Assembly: GCA_963699235.1 (NCBI GenBank)
Contig: OY969424.1
Span: forward strand, 887,898-951,897
Origin: an uncultured Chloroflexia bacterium
Lineage (GTDB): Bacteria > Chloroflexota > Limnocylindria > QHBO01
Direction: 5' to 3'
DNA: 64,000 bases
Shown here piece by piece: positions 10,624-20,228 of this stretch. A program made the translations under genes and the position numbers. Positions within the stretch are counted from its first letter, which is position 1; every line of letters begins with the position of its first letter. Under the pieces are notes generated by a model that saw nothing but the letters and a program-made list of their open reading frames with translations, made no database searches and was not told where the DNA came from.

Positions 10624-12002
10624 CGGACCACCTCGACCTGCTCCGCGCCCTGCGATGCTGCGCCCGGCGGTGCGGCGGTCTCGGTTTCCGGCTCGTTCAC
10701 GAGCAGGACCTTCATCGGTCCGCGCCCGCGGACCTCGATCGTGCCGCGCGGCTCGAGCCCCACCCCGGTCGTCAGCCGCTGGGCGGTCGTCTCGGTGACC
10801 TGGACCCGACCCGGGAGGCCCTGCGACTCCATCCGGCTGGCGATGTTGACCGTGTCGCCCCACAGGTCGTAGGCCAGCTTGTCGCGGCCGATGACCCCGG
10901 CCACCAGCGGACCGGTGTGGATGCCCACCCGCAGCACGAGGGGCATACCGCGCTCGGTCGCGAGGTCGGTCGTCGCGCGGTGGATGTCGAGGCCAAAGCG
11001 CACCGCCCGGTCGGCGTGGTCTTTCACCTGCTGCGGCACCCCGGCGACGGCCATGTAGCCATCCCCGATGGTCTTGATCTTCTCCAGGCCGTGCCGTGCG
11101 GCGAGCTCATCGAACCGGTTGAAGAGCTCGTTCAGGACCGAGACCAGGTCGGCGGGCGCCATGTCCATGCCGATGGGCGTGAACCCCACGATGTCGGAGA
11201 ACACGACTGTCGCGTCGGGAAAGGCGTCGGCGATGACGCGGGGATCATCGCGCAGCCGGTCGGCGATCGATGCCGGCAGCATGGTGTGGAGGAGGCGATC
11301 TGACTTCGCCTTCTCCCGGGCCAGCGCTTCGCCCTGCGTCGCCAGGTCGTGGCGCTGGAGGAATCGGGCCCGGCTCGACGACTCGAGCATGTAGGCCCCG
11401 TAGGCCGCAACGCCCAGGCCGCTGGCCAGGAGGAAGACGGTGAACCAGCCGATCTCGGGATAGGTGCCGATCCAGGCCAGGGCACCGACCCAGATGAGGA
11501 CCGGCAGCTCGGCGGCGAGGCCGATGACGAAGCCCATCCGCACCACGCTGAAGGCGAAGATCGCGTTCAGGATGAGGACCGTGCCCAGGATCTCGGGCAC
11601 ATCGGCGACCTCGGTCGCAATAACCACCATCGACAGCCCGCCGGAGAGGTTGACGATGGCATTGACGACCTGCTGCGCATCCCAGCTTTCGAAGCGGCCG
11701 ATGATCGCCAGCCCGCCCACGACGAAGGCAATGGGAATCGAGACGGCGAACGCGACCGTCACCGGGTCGATCCCGTAGATCACGATCAGCATCAGCCCGG
11801 CGGTGACCCACAACCCGACCGCGAGCAGGAGTCCCACCCGGTGCTGGAGGATGAGGTTGCGTCCGAGGTCCACCTGGAACGCCCGCTCCAGATCGAGGCT
11901 TTCGAATCGGAGGGTCAGGCGGTCGCGGTCGAGGTCAAGCCCGTCTCCCCCGTAGCGCTCGGGCTGGTCGTGCGACGTGGTCGAGTCCTGCTGGTCGGTC
12001 AC
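10620..12002 (-). CDS. Membrane-anchored class III adenylate cyclase (about 6 TM helices)
   Basis: FSDIVGFT, EKIKTIGDGYM, RVGIHTGP, YDLWGDTVNIASRMES; Lys/Asp adenine-specificity pair; hydrophobic N-terminal half. Confidence 0.9.
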   Translation of the reverse strand: MTDQQDSTTSHDQPERYGGDGLDLDRDRLTLRFESLDLERAFQVDLGRNLILQHRVGLLLAVGLWVTAGLMLIVIYGIDPVTVAFAVSIPIAFVVGGLAIIGRFESWDAQQVVNAIVNLSGGLSMVVIATEVADVPEILGTVLILNAIFAFSVVRMGFVIGLAAELPVLIWVGALAWIGTYPEIGWFTVFLLASGLGVAAYGAYMLESSSRARFLQRHDLATQGEALAREKAKSDRLLHTMLPASIADRLRDDPRVIADAFPDATVVFSDIVGFTPIGMDMAPADLVSVLNELFNRFDELAARHGLEKIKTIGDGYMAVAGVPQQVKDHADRAVRFGLDIHRATTDLATERGMPLVLRVGIHTGPLVAGVIGRDKLAYDLWGDTVNIASRMESQGLPGRVQVTETTAQRLTTGVGLEPRGTIEVRGRGPMKVLLVNEPETETAAPPGAASQGAEQVEVVR

Positions 12003-12008
12003 CCGGAC

Positions 12009-13277
12009 CTAAGGGTATAGGCCACGCAGCGTGGTTGCCTCTGCGGCGCGCCCGATGCCGACCATCAGGGCGGCGGTCCGGAGGTCCACCGCGTGCTTAT
12101 CGGCGGCGGCCATGACGGCGGCCGAGGCCTCGTCCATCACCCGCTCGAGCTCCGCGGTCACCTCTGCATCGCTCCAGAAGAACGACTGGAGGTCCTGCAC
12201 CCACTCGAAGTACCCCACCACGAGTCCGCCGGCGGTGCAGAGCAGGTCCGGGATGACGGTGACGCCGTTGTCGTGCAGGACCTGGTCCGCCTCCGGCGAC
12301 GTCGCGCCGTTGGCGGCCTCGGCCACGATCCTGGCCTGGATCTGCGGAGCGTTCGCGGCGGAGATCTGGCCCTGCAGGCCGGCCGAGACGAGGATCTCGC
12401 ACGGCTCGCCGAACACGTCCGCGCGGTCCATCGGCTCACCGCCGGGCAGGCCCTTGGCGCTGTCGTGCTCGGTCATGTGGGCCACCGCCGGCCCGACGTC
12501 GATCCCGGCCGGGTTGCGGATGGCGTGCCGGTCGTCGGCGATGGCGATGATGCTCGCACCGCTGCCGGCCAGCATCTCGGCCAGGATGGTGCCCACCCGC
12601 CCGAAGCCCTGGACCACGACCCGGGCCCCGTCGAGTGCGAGCCCCCGGGTCTTGGCCACGGCCTGGATGGCGCGCAGGGCACCGAGGCTCACGGCCTCCC
12701 GCTGGCCGCGCGTGCCGCCGATGGCCTCCGGCTTTCCGGTGACGACGCCGCGGATGGTGTACCCGCGGTGCATCGAGAAGGTGTCCATCATCCAAGCCAT
12801 CGTCTGCTCGTCGGTGTTCACGTCGGGCATCGGGATGTCCTGGGTCGGACCGATGAGGAGGCCAATCTCGGTCGTGAAGCGCCGGGTCAGGCCCTCCCGC
12901 TCGTGGGCTGACAATCGCTTGGGGTTGACCACCACGCCCCCGAAGGCTCCGCCGTAGGGGATCTGAACGATCGCCGCCTTCCACGTGTTCCACATCGCGT
13001 TGGCGCGAACCAAGTCGAGGGTGAGATCGGCCGTGTAGCGGATGCCGCCGGTAGATGGTCCGCGGTTGATGTTGTGGTGCACCCGCCAGCCGGTCATCGC
13101 CTCCACGTGGCCGTCGTCGAAACGAACGGGGAAGTGGACCTCCAGCTCGCGCTTCGGGACGCGCAGGACGCGATGCATGCCGTCATCGAGCTCCAGGCGC
13201 TCGGCGACGTCGTCAAGCTCGGCCTGGGCCGCGACCCATTCCTGGGTGCCGCTGTACGAGGGCTCCGGTTCATTCAT
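12009..13277 (-). CDS. Glu/Leu/Phe/Val dehydrogenase homologue lacking catalytic lysines (probable regulatory subunit)
   Basis: Full-length paralogue of 41125..42393 but reads RGPSTGGIRY and GGAFGG instead of RGPAKGGIRY and GGGKGG. Confidence 0.85.
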   Translation of the reverse strand: MNEPEPSYSGTQEWVAAQAELDDVAERLELDDGMHRVLRVPKRELEVHFPVRFDDGHVEAMTGWRVHHNINRGPSTGGIRYTADLTLDLVRANAMWNTWKAAIVQIPYGGAFGGVVVNPKRLSAHEREGLTRRFTTEIGLLIGPTQDIPMPDVNTDEQTMAWMMDTFSMHRGYTIRGVVTGKPEAIGGTRGQREAVSLGALRAIQAVAKTRGLALDGARVVVQGFGRVGTILAEMLAGSGASIIAIADDRHAIRNPAGIDVGPAVAHMTEHDSAKGLPGGEPMDRADVFGEPCEILVSAGLQGQISAANAPQIQARIVAEAANGATSPEADQVLHDNGVTVIPDLLCTAGGLVVGYFEWVQDLQSFFWSDAEVTAELERVMDEASAAVMAAADKHAVDLRTAALMVGIGRAAEATTLRGLYP

Positions 13278-13376
13278 CGCAACGTGCTCAAGAGACCAGT
13301 GTGGGCGCCTCGACGGTTGCCCGCCAGGCGCCCACGATGCGGGTCGCGCATCCGGCGCGACGCGCTGGTTCGACGA

Positions 13377-14000
13377 CTACGCGTTGGGGTCGCTGTCGTC
13401 CGTGCCGGTGCTCGGGGCGGTGCCGCCCGTTGACTCGCCGCTCCACGTGTTGGGCTCTGCCGCCGGCGGTGCTGCCGGGGGCGGAGCAGCCGGAGGCGGA
13501 GCAGCCGGAGGCGTTGCTGCCGGCGGAGTCGCGGCGGGGGTCGCCGCGGTCGAGCCTGCGCTCGCCGAGCCCATTCCGCCGAGGACCGCCGTCTGGAGGT
13601 CGCCTTCGATGCCAAAGGCCGCCTTCACCTCAGGCGTGAGGAGGTAGTAGATGATCGCGATGGTGATGGCGATGCCCACGATCGTGCCGATGCCAATCCC
13701 GACCCCGCTGAAGAGGGCCACCAGGATCGACACCATGATGCTCGCCGCCGCGACGAAGATGCCGAAGCGCCAGCTCGACTTCACGAGCCGCCAGAATCCC
13801 CATCCGACGTAGACCCAGGCGACGCCCACGACGAGGCTGAGAAGGCCCCACACCGCGACGAGACCGCCCGCGGCCGGTGCGCCGATCGCTCCCAGGGCTC
13901 CTCCGAACAGGGCCCCGAGGCCGCCGAAAAGAATCCCGACCACGCCATTGATAAAGGCGAGGATCGAGAGAATGGTCACGCCCATAGGTCGCTGATTCAT
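13377..14000 (-). CDS. Hypothetical four-helix membrane protein with Pro/Ala-repeat tail
   Basis: GGAGG RBS, RPMGVTILSIL..., YYLLTPEVKAAF, tandem (T/P)PPAA repeats near 13460-13545. Confidence 0.75.
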   Translation of the reverse strand: MNQRPMGVTILSILAFINGVVGILFGGLGALFGGALGAIGAPAAGGLVAVWGLLSLVVGVAWVYVGWGFWRLVKSSWRFGIFVAAASIMVSILVALFSGVGIGIGTIVGIAITIAIIYYLLTPEVKAAFGIEGDLQTAVLGGMGSASAGSTAATPAATPPAATPPAAPPPAAPPPAAPPAAEPNTWSGESTGGTAPSTGTDDSDPNA

Positions 14001-14195
14001 CGTCCAATGACCTCCCAACTTGGTCTTGGCCGTCGAAATCGGGCGGCCGTCCGGGGTGTTGTAGCACTTTGACGCCCGACCGCAACAGTTCTTTTGCGCG
14101 AGCGGGTACCGGGGTGGCACCATGGGCCGGTCCAATCAATCCCGCGACGCCGGCGGCTCGCTGTTCCCGACCGGCGCCCCGACCGAGGTACCGCC

Positions 14196-15137
14196 ATGGC
14201 TCCCCGGGTGATGACCGTTTCCGGGCCGATCGCGCCCGACCAGGTTGGATTTGCCCTCCTCCACGAGCACACCAGGATCGCCCTGTGGCACATCACCGGC
14301 CGGTTTGACTACTGGGAGCTGGCCGCCGATGAGCTGACCGTCGCCGATGAGCTGCGCGACTTCCGCCGCCGCGGCGGCCGGACCCTGGTCGATCTCACCG
14401 TTCCCGGGATCGGCCGTGATCCTGAGCGTCTTCGTCGCCTGGCCAGCCGGTCCAACGTCCAGATCGTGATGGGCTGCGGCTGGTACCGCGGGCCGTACTA
14501 CCCCGCCGAGGCGCTCATCGATCGCCGCTCGGTGGACAGCCTGGCCGACGAGCTGGTGGCCGAGTTCGAGCACGGGGTGGGGGAGACGGGCATCAAGCCC
14601 GGGATCATCGGCGAGATCGGCACCGACAAGCCGTGGATCAATGCCCTCGAAGAGCGGGTGCACCGGGCTGCGGCCCGTGCCGCGCTCCGCACCGGGATGG
14701 CGGTGACCACCCACGGCGTCCAGTCGGCGGTGGGCGAGGCCCAGCTGGACCTGTTCCTGTCGGAGGGCGTCGATCCTGCCCGGATCGTCATCGGTCATGC
14801 CGACTCGTGGCCGGACCTCGACCACTACCTCGCAATCCTGGACCGCGGCGCGAACCTCCAGTTCGACTTCCTCGGGCACCGCTTCGATCCGGTGGACGAG
14901 GCGCGTGAACCGCGGATCGTCGAGCTGCTGGTGGACCTCCTCGACCGGGGATACGGAGCCCAGATCCTCCTCAGCCAGGACGTCTGCCACGACATGCAGC
15001 TCAAGGTGAATGGCGGCTTCGGCTACACGTTCCTCCAGCAGCATTTCCTGCCGGCGCTTCGCACCGCAGCGGTGGGAGAGGGCGAGCTCGAGCGGATCAT
15101 GGTCGAGAACCCGCGACGGATCCTGACCCTCCCGTAG
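14196..15137 (+). CDS. Phosphotriesterase-family (PHP) amidohydrolase
   Basis: LLHEH, IVMGCGWY, GIIGEIG, TTH, IGHAD, LLSQD, ENPRRIL. Confidence 0.9.
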   Translation: MAPRVMTVSGPIAPDQVGFALLHEHTRIALWHITGRFDYWELAADELTVADELRDFRRRGGRTLVDLTVPGIGRDPERLRRLASRSNVQIVMGCGWYRGPYYPAEALIDRRSVDSLADELVAEFEHGVGETGIKPGIIGEIGTDKPWINALEERVHRAAARAALRTGMAVTTHGVQSAVGEAQLDLFLSEGVDPARIVIGHADSWPDLDHYLAILDRGANLQFDFLGHRFDPVDEAREPRIVELLVDLLDRGYGAQILLSQDVCHDMQLKVNGGFGYTFLQQHFLPALRTAAVGEGELERIMVENPRRILTLP

Positions 15138-15173
15138 ACTGGCGATCCACCCGTCTCGTTGGAGGACTACCCG

Positions 15174-15377
15174 ATGTCGGTCGCCAGGGTCACCGAGCTG
15201 AGCTGCACGTCAACCGAGAGCTTCGAGGACGCCGTTCGCCAGGGTGTCGAGCGCGCCCAGCGCACGCTCCGCGGCGTGAAGGGCGCGTGGGTCAAGGAAC
15301 AGCGCGTGAACGTCCGCGACGATGGGGCGGTCGAGTTCCAGGCCAACATCCTGGTGACGTTCGTCCTCGAGGACTAG
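15174..15377 (+). CDS. Dodecin family flavin-binding protein
   Basis: MSVARVTEL...SFEDAV..GVERAQRTLRGVKGAWVKEQ...TFVLED; GGAGG RBS. Confidence 0.9.
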   Translation: MSVARVTELSCTSTESFEDAVRQGVERAQRTLRGVKGAWVKEQRVNVRDDGAVEFQANILVTFVLED

Positions 15378-16267
15378 GCCAGGCCGATCTTCCCCTCGGC
15401 CCGCGTGAAGCGCGAGCGGTAGCGCGGGTTCGAAACCCGAACGCTGACCGCGGTCGCATCGAGCGGCTTGCTGCTGCGCGGGGGCGCGTAGATGCCGCGC
15501 TCGGTCACGGCGGTCGCCAGGTCGGCGGCGGTCATCGGGCCGCGCTCGCCGAGCACCGCAGCGATCTCCTCGTGGAGCGGCACGGCCGGGTTCTTGCCCT
15601 TGCTCTTGCTCCGCGCCCGCTTCGGCTTGGCCGCGGCGGTCTTCCGGGCTCGCGTCTTCGACGGCGCGGTGTCCATGGTCGTGCCATTCCCGTCCGACGA
15701 TGAGGTAGTGGCCGCCTTGGGTGGCCGTCCGCGGCGCTTGGCCGGTGCGGGTTCCGCGGCTGTCGGCTCGGCGGCGGCCGTCTCAGGCGCGTCTGCCTTG
15801 GCCGCGGGCGCGGGTGACGAACCGCCCTCGAGCGCGTCCAGTCGCCGCGAGTCGCGTCGAGTCGCCGCGACAGGGCCTCGATCCGTTCGTTCAGGGACTC
15901 GAGGACCGGGCCGACTGCGGTCGGCGACGGAGCGCCAGCTCCGTTCCGCGTCGAGGCGCTCGGTGACCCACAGGTTGACCAGCTCGCCGGGTCGGACGCC
16001 TGCCTCCGAGGCGAGGGCGCGAAGGGTGGAGAGGTGTCGCGGGTCCAGGCGGAGGGACATGCCGCCCTCGTCCGGAGCGCTCCGCGGTGGCCGCGGACCC
16101 GAGGGATACGGCGGACGAGGGCGATACGGTCGGTCTCCGCCCCGGTCCGGGCCGCGATCGGGACCCCGATCGGGTCCTCGGTCGGAGGGGCGGTAGCGGT
16201 CGGGTCCGGGTCGCCGGTCGTCCGGTCGGCGAGGGCGTGGAGGTCGTCGGTCACGGTCATATGCCAT
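15374..16267 (-). CDS. Putative DNA-binding protein: RHH/CopG-like, AT-hook, Lys/Ala-rich linker and C-terminal winged HTH (HARE-like)
   Basis: SLRLDPRHLSTLRALASEAG...WVTERL; KRRGRPPK; LHEEIAAVLGERGPMTAADLA...; probable compensating frameshifts near 15850-15930. Confidence 0.6.
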   Translation of the reverse strand: MAYDRDRRPPRPRRPDDRRPGPDRYRPSDRGPDRGPDRGPDRGGDRPYRPRPPYPSGPRPPRSAPDEGGMSLRLDPRHLSTLRALASEAGVRPGELVNLWVTERLDAERSWRSVADRSRPGPRVPERTDRGPVAATRRDSRRLDALEGGSSPAPAAKADAPETAAAEPTAAEPAPAKRRGRPPKAATTSSSDGNGTTMDTAPSKTRARKTAAAKPKRARSKSKGKNPAVPLHEEIAAVLGERGPMTAADLATAVTERGIYAPPRSSKPLDATAVSVRVSNPRYRSRFTRAEGKIGLA

Positions 16268-16273
16268 GGCGCC

Positions 16274-16302
16274 ACCTTACCCAAGTTTTGAAAAACGCGC
16301 AA
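16274..16302 (-). promoter_or_regulatory. Sigma70-type promoter for a leaderless transcript of 15374..16267
   Basis: TTGCGC-N17-TAAGGT, 6 nt before the ATG, in an AT-rich patch. Confidence 0.6.
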
Positions 16303-16315
16303 AGTTTGTAATGAG

Positions 16316-18013
16316 CTAGAAGCCGCTGCTCCCGCCACCCCCGCCTCCGCCGCCCCCTCCCCCGAAGCCGCCGCCGCTGGACGACGAGGCCGGCGCCGAG
16401 CCCACGCTGCCGATGGTGCCCAGCATTCCGCCCACGTCCGGGACGCCCGAGCCCGAGAAGAGGCTCCCGCCTCCACCGCTACCGGAATCGCCACCGAATG
16501 ACGAGCCGAGCCACATCGGGTAGTAGGAGCCCGACGACTGGGCGGCCGCCGCCATCTGGGGGTCCGCCATCTCTCGGGCGAGGACCTCGCCAACCTGCTT
16601 GTGGAGGCCGAGGGCCACGCCCCACACCACGGCCTTGTCCGGCGTGTCGGCGAGCAGTCGAACGGTTGGCTCCTGGGCCACCTCGGCCATGGAGCGCGAC
16701 TGCTGGAGCGTCTTTTCAAGTGTTCGCCGGAACGCCTTGAGCATGGCGTCCACGTAGGCGCCGTTCTCCGTGCGCTTTGACATCTGGGTCCCGAAAGCGG
16801 CGGTCGCCAGCCCACCGACGATCAGGGCGCCGCCGACCAGGGTCAGGCCGCTCATCGGAATCGTGAAGCCGAGGAAGATCGCGCCACCACCGAGGACCGC
16901 TTCCACCACGCCGATGGCCACCCACTTCGTGATCTCGGGCGTCGGCCGGCGGGTCAGCCACCCGAGCCGGACGCCCTCCTCCTCGAGGCGGCGCTTGAGC
17001 GGCTCGAGCGTCTCGTTCACCGCCCATAGCGACTCGCGGCGAAGCATGGTGTCCGAGCCGCCCAGGATGACGAGCTCGCGGAACGCCTCAGCCAGGACGC
17101 CCGTCGGCTGCTCGCGGTCGCCGGATACGCCGAGGACCTCGATGGCCGGATCGGTCTCTGGATCGGGATCATCCTCGCGCTTGACCTCCTTGACCCGATC
17201 GAGGTTGTGGAACCGGATGAGCCCGGTCCCGGCGAGCTGGACCATCAGGGTGCGGATCGCGTTGCCGGTGGCTCGACCCTCGGTCAGGACGGTGGCCAAT
17301 GGCGGAGTCATATCGGCCGGTGGACCGGCCATCAGGACGGAGGGCGAGTCCACCAGGTCCGGGTCGTCACCGTGACGCTTCCACGCCACGAACGCCGTGC
17401 CCAGGGTCAGGGCCACGACGAGGAGGCCCCCGGGAATGCCGATGACCGCATTCGCCTGGCGGTAGAGGTTCAGGGACGCCGTGGCTTCGGGTGTCACGTT
17501 CTCGTCGATGACGTCCATGGCGGCCAACAGACCGGCGCCCACCTGCTCCGCCTGGAAGTACGGAACCATGACGTCGTCGCGCAGCGCGGTCTGCTCATCC
17601 TCCGACAGGTAGGCGACCTTGAACCCGCCGCCCGCGTACGTGCTGAGGACGCCGTGGATGCGGTCCTCCTCGAAGCTGACCAGGATCACAAACCCGTCGT
17701 CGTAGCCGGCCCGCCCGACGCCCCATTCGTTCATGAGGCTCTCGGCGAGGGCGAGGTTCGAATCGAAGTCCTGGCTCGGATCGACCTGGAGGTAGATCGC
17801 GACCTCGGCGCCGCTTCGCGCTTCGAGCGCGTCGATCCGGGATTCGAGCTCGGCGATCTCGGCACCGGTCAGGACCTCGGCCTCGTCGTACACCGCCTGG
17901 TCGATGACCGGCGGCGGGAACTGCGGGGTACCTGTCTGGTCGGTTAGCGCGCCCGCCAGCACGGCGACGACGATGACCCCGACGACGACGACGAGCCAGA
18001 TGCGGCCGATCAT
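16316..18013 (-). CDS. TPM-domain/DUF2207-like membrane protein with Gly-rich C-terminus
   Basis: VYDEAEVL...EWGVGRAGYDDG (TPM), TM helices, GGGFGGGGGGGGGG tail. Confidence 0.8.
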   Translation of the reverse strand: MIGRIWLVVVVGVIVVAVLAGALTDQTGTPQFPPPVIDQAVYDEAEVLTGAEIAELESRIDALEARSGAEVAIYLQVDPSQDFDSNLALAESLMNEWGVGRAGYDDGFVILVSFEEDRIHGVLSTYAGGGFKVAYLSEDEQTALRDDVMVPYFQAEQVGAGLLAAMDVIDENVTPEATASLNLYRQANAVIGIPGGLLVVALTLGTAFVAWKRHGDDPDLVDSPSVLMAGPPADMTPPLATVLTEGRATGNAIRTLMVQLAGTGLIRFHNLDRVKEVKREDDPDPETDPAIEVLGVSGDREQPTGVLAEAFRELVILGGSDTMLRRESLWAVNETLEPLKRRLEEEGVRLGWLTRRPTPEITKWVAIGVVEAVLGGGAIFLGFTIPMSGLTLVGGALIVGGLATAAFGTQMSKRTENGAYVDAMLKAFRRTLEKTLQQSRSMAEVAQEPTVRLLADTPDKAVVWGVALGLHKQVGEVLAREMADPQMAAAAQSSGSYYPMWLGSSFGGDSGSGGGGSLFSGSGVPDVGGMLGTIGSVGSAPASSSSGGGFGGGGGGGGGGGSSGF

Positions 18014-18486
18014 TGGCAGAGCACCACGGCGCGGGCCGGATCCTCGGTCAGGCCGGGAACCTGGGCGTCGAAGGTCAGGGTCTCGCCGGCTGCGATCGGA
18101 GGCGAGAGGGCGACGGTGCGGGCGACCGGGCTGCCGACGTCATCGAGCGCGGTCACCTCGCATCGGGCCCGCCCCGACCGGGTGCCGTCGTTGGTGACCT
18201 CGACCGTCACCAGGACCGATGCCTCCTCGACCGGGGCCACGCCGCCGACCGATGCGGTGAAGGGCCCGACGCCACCGACCAGGATCGAGGCGGCGATGCC
18301 GAGGGCGACCACGGAGCCAATGATGGCGACCGCGAGGGTCCCGTGCATCTGGGTGGCGGCCGGCGAGGTCATGCCGGCCCGGTTGCAGATCTCGCACATC
18401 GTGTCCGCCGGGTCGATCGGCCGCCCGCACTTCAGGCAGCGTCCGGCGGTGCCGAAGGCGGGCAGGCTGTCGGGTGCCTCGCTCAT
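18010..18486 (-). CDS. Hypothetical protein: N-terminal Zn ribbon, TM helix, Ig-like extracellular domain
   Basis: CLKC..CEIC, hydrophobic helix, VEVTNDG...ARCEV; ATGA overlaps on both sides. Confidence 0.65.
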   Translation of the reverse strand: MSEAPDSLPAFGTAGRCLKCGRPIDPADTMCEICNRAGMTSPAATQMHGTLAVAIIGSVVALGIAASILVGGVGPFTASVGGVAPVEEASVLVTVEVTNDGTRSGRARCEVTALDDVGSPVARTVALSPPIAAGETLTFDAQVPGLTEDPARAVVLCQ

Positions 18487-19107
18487 GACCCGTGGCCCTC
18501 GGCCAGGCGCTCCCCGGCCGGGACCCGCAGCGCGAGCCAGTTGTCCCGGGGCGCGAGCGGGCAGCTCCATCGGGGGTCATACGTGCAGGACGGGTGGTAG
18601 GCATAGTTGAAGTCGAGGACCAGCTCGTCACCGGTGGACCCGAGGTCCGCGCCCTTGACCGAGTCCCACAGGTAGCGGCCGCCGCCGTAGGTCTCGGTTC
18701 CGCTGGTCGCATCCCGGAACGGGATGAAGATGCCGCCGCCGTAGCCGGACAGCCAGTACACCGCCAACCGAGCCTCGCCGCCCGGAGCGGCGACCGTCAC
18801 CCAGCCGATGCGGCTGAACGCGAACGGGTTGCCGGTCGAGACGGGGAGCGCTGACGCGTCCTCCGGATCGGGCTCGAGCCGGGCGCGGAGGCGCCAGGAC
18901 GGGTCATGCGGCCAGTACGCGAGACCGCTGAACGTGGCCCGCTCGGCGCTGGGAATGGGGGACTGCGAATGCCCCCCGAACAACCGGTCCTTCGCGGTCC
19001 GGAAGGCGCGCCAACTCGTCCGCTCCCGGATCGGGGACCGCCCGGACGGCCTCGTACAAGGCCGCGATCTGCCGCCGCCAGTCCGCCAGGTCCAGGTGCT
19101 CGCTCAT
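18483..19107 (-). CDS. DUF1684 family protein (frameshift near 19030)
   Basis: LADWRRQ..., FIPFRDATSGTETYGGGRYL, LDFNYAYHPSCTYDPRWSCPL. Confidence 0.85.
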
Positions 19108-19175
19108 CGTTCGAAGCATAGAGGTGGCCGGCCTCGCGGCCGGCCACCATCGGTCTGGGGTCTCGAGCAACGCCC

Positions 19176-20126
19176 TTACAGCAGGCCGTTGTCCTCGAGC
19201 CAGGTCTGCGCCACGTCGGCGATGTCTTCGGCATCGACCGCCACGGCGAAGTACAGGTTGGTCAGATCGTCGGTGGTCAACGCGGCCGAGATGTCGTTCA
19301 GCGTCGTCTCGAGCAGGTCCCCGCCGGCGTCGGCGAGCTCCTGGGTGAGAACCGGCGCCATGTTCTCGGCACCCACCAGGCCCTGGTCGTCCTCGAGGAC
19401 CACCAGGTTGTAGGTGACGATCTCCGGCTGCGTCGAGCACAGGCGCCCGACGTCGATCGCACCGGTGTCCAGCGCCTCGGCCATGGCCGGGCCACACGGG
19501 TCGATGGTCTCGACCGGGATGGCGGCCACGTCAATGCCGTAGAGCTCGTTCAGGCCGATCCCGCACGTCGGTCGGGTCTCGCACTCGGGCGGCAGGCCCC
19601 AGGTGAGGTCGCCGGCGATGGCCGCCAGGTCGGTGACCGTGGCGAGGTCGTTCGTCTCGGCGGTCTCGGAGGTCACGGCGAAGGCGTCCTGGTCCGCTCC
19701 GGGAGCGAAGTCGAACGCGGTCAGCCCGTGCTCGGCGAGCCCCTCGAGCAGGTCGGCGAAGGTCGCCTCGGCGTCACCGGTGGCCTCACCGCCCAGGCTG
19801 ACGTTGAGGAGGCTGCCGATGTACTCCGGCATGAGGTTCAGCTCGCCGCTCTCGAGCGCCGGGAAGGTCGTCTCGCGCGGTCCGGTGTAGAGGTTCCGCT
19901 CGACGGTGAAGCCAGCTGCCTCCAGTGCCTGGGCGTAGATCTCGCCGACGACGGCGGCCTCGTCAAAGTTCGCCGAGCCGATGATGACGGTAGGGAGTTC
20001 CGCCTGGGTCGAGGGCGATCCGGAACTCGGGGACGACGGGCTTGGGCTATCGCTGCCACCCGGCTGACAGGCACTGACGAGCAGTGCCAGAGCCGCCCCA
20101 GCAGCAAGCATGCGGGTCTTCCGCAT
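19176..20126 (-). CDS. Osmoprotectant (glycine betaine) ABC transporter substrate-binding lipoprotein
   Basis: Lipobox VSAC, IGSANFDE, EIYAQALE, PEYIGS, VVLEDD. Confidence 0.88.
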   Translation of the reverse strand: MRKTRMLAAGAALALLVSACQPGGSDSPSPSSPSSGSPSTQAELPTVIIGSANFDEAAVVGEIYAQALEAAGFTVERNLYTGPRETTFPALESGELNLMPEYIGSLLNVSLGGEATGDAEATFADLLEGLAEHGLTAFDFAPGADQDAFAVTSETAETNDLATVTDLAAIAGDLTWGLPPECETRPTCGIGLNELYGIDVAAIPVETIDPCGPAMAEALDTGAIDVGRLCSTQPEIVTYNLVVLEDDQGLVGAENMAPVLTQELADAGGDLLETTLNDISAALTTDDLTNLYFAVAVDAEDIADVAQTWLEDNGLL

Positions 20127-20228
20127 TGGGTCCTCCTCTGGACTGATGCATCGGCTCGCGCCGACCCGGGCCGCCCGACGCGGACCGAAGGGGCAGTCTA
20201 CCAGTTACCAGCGTACCGAGTACGGTGG

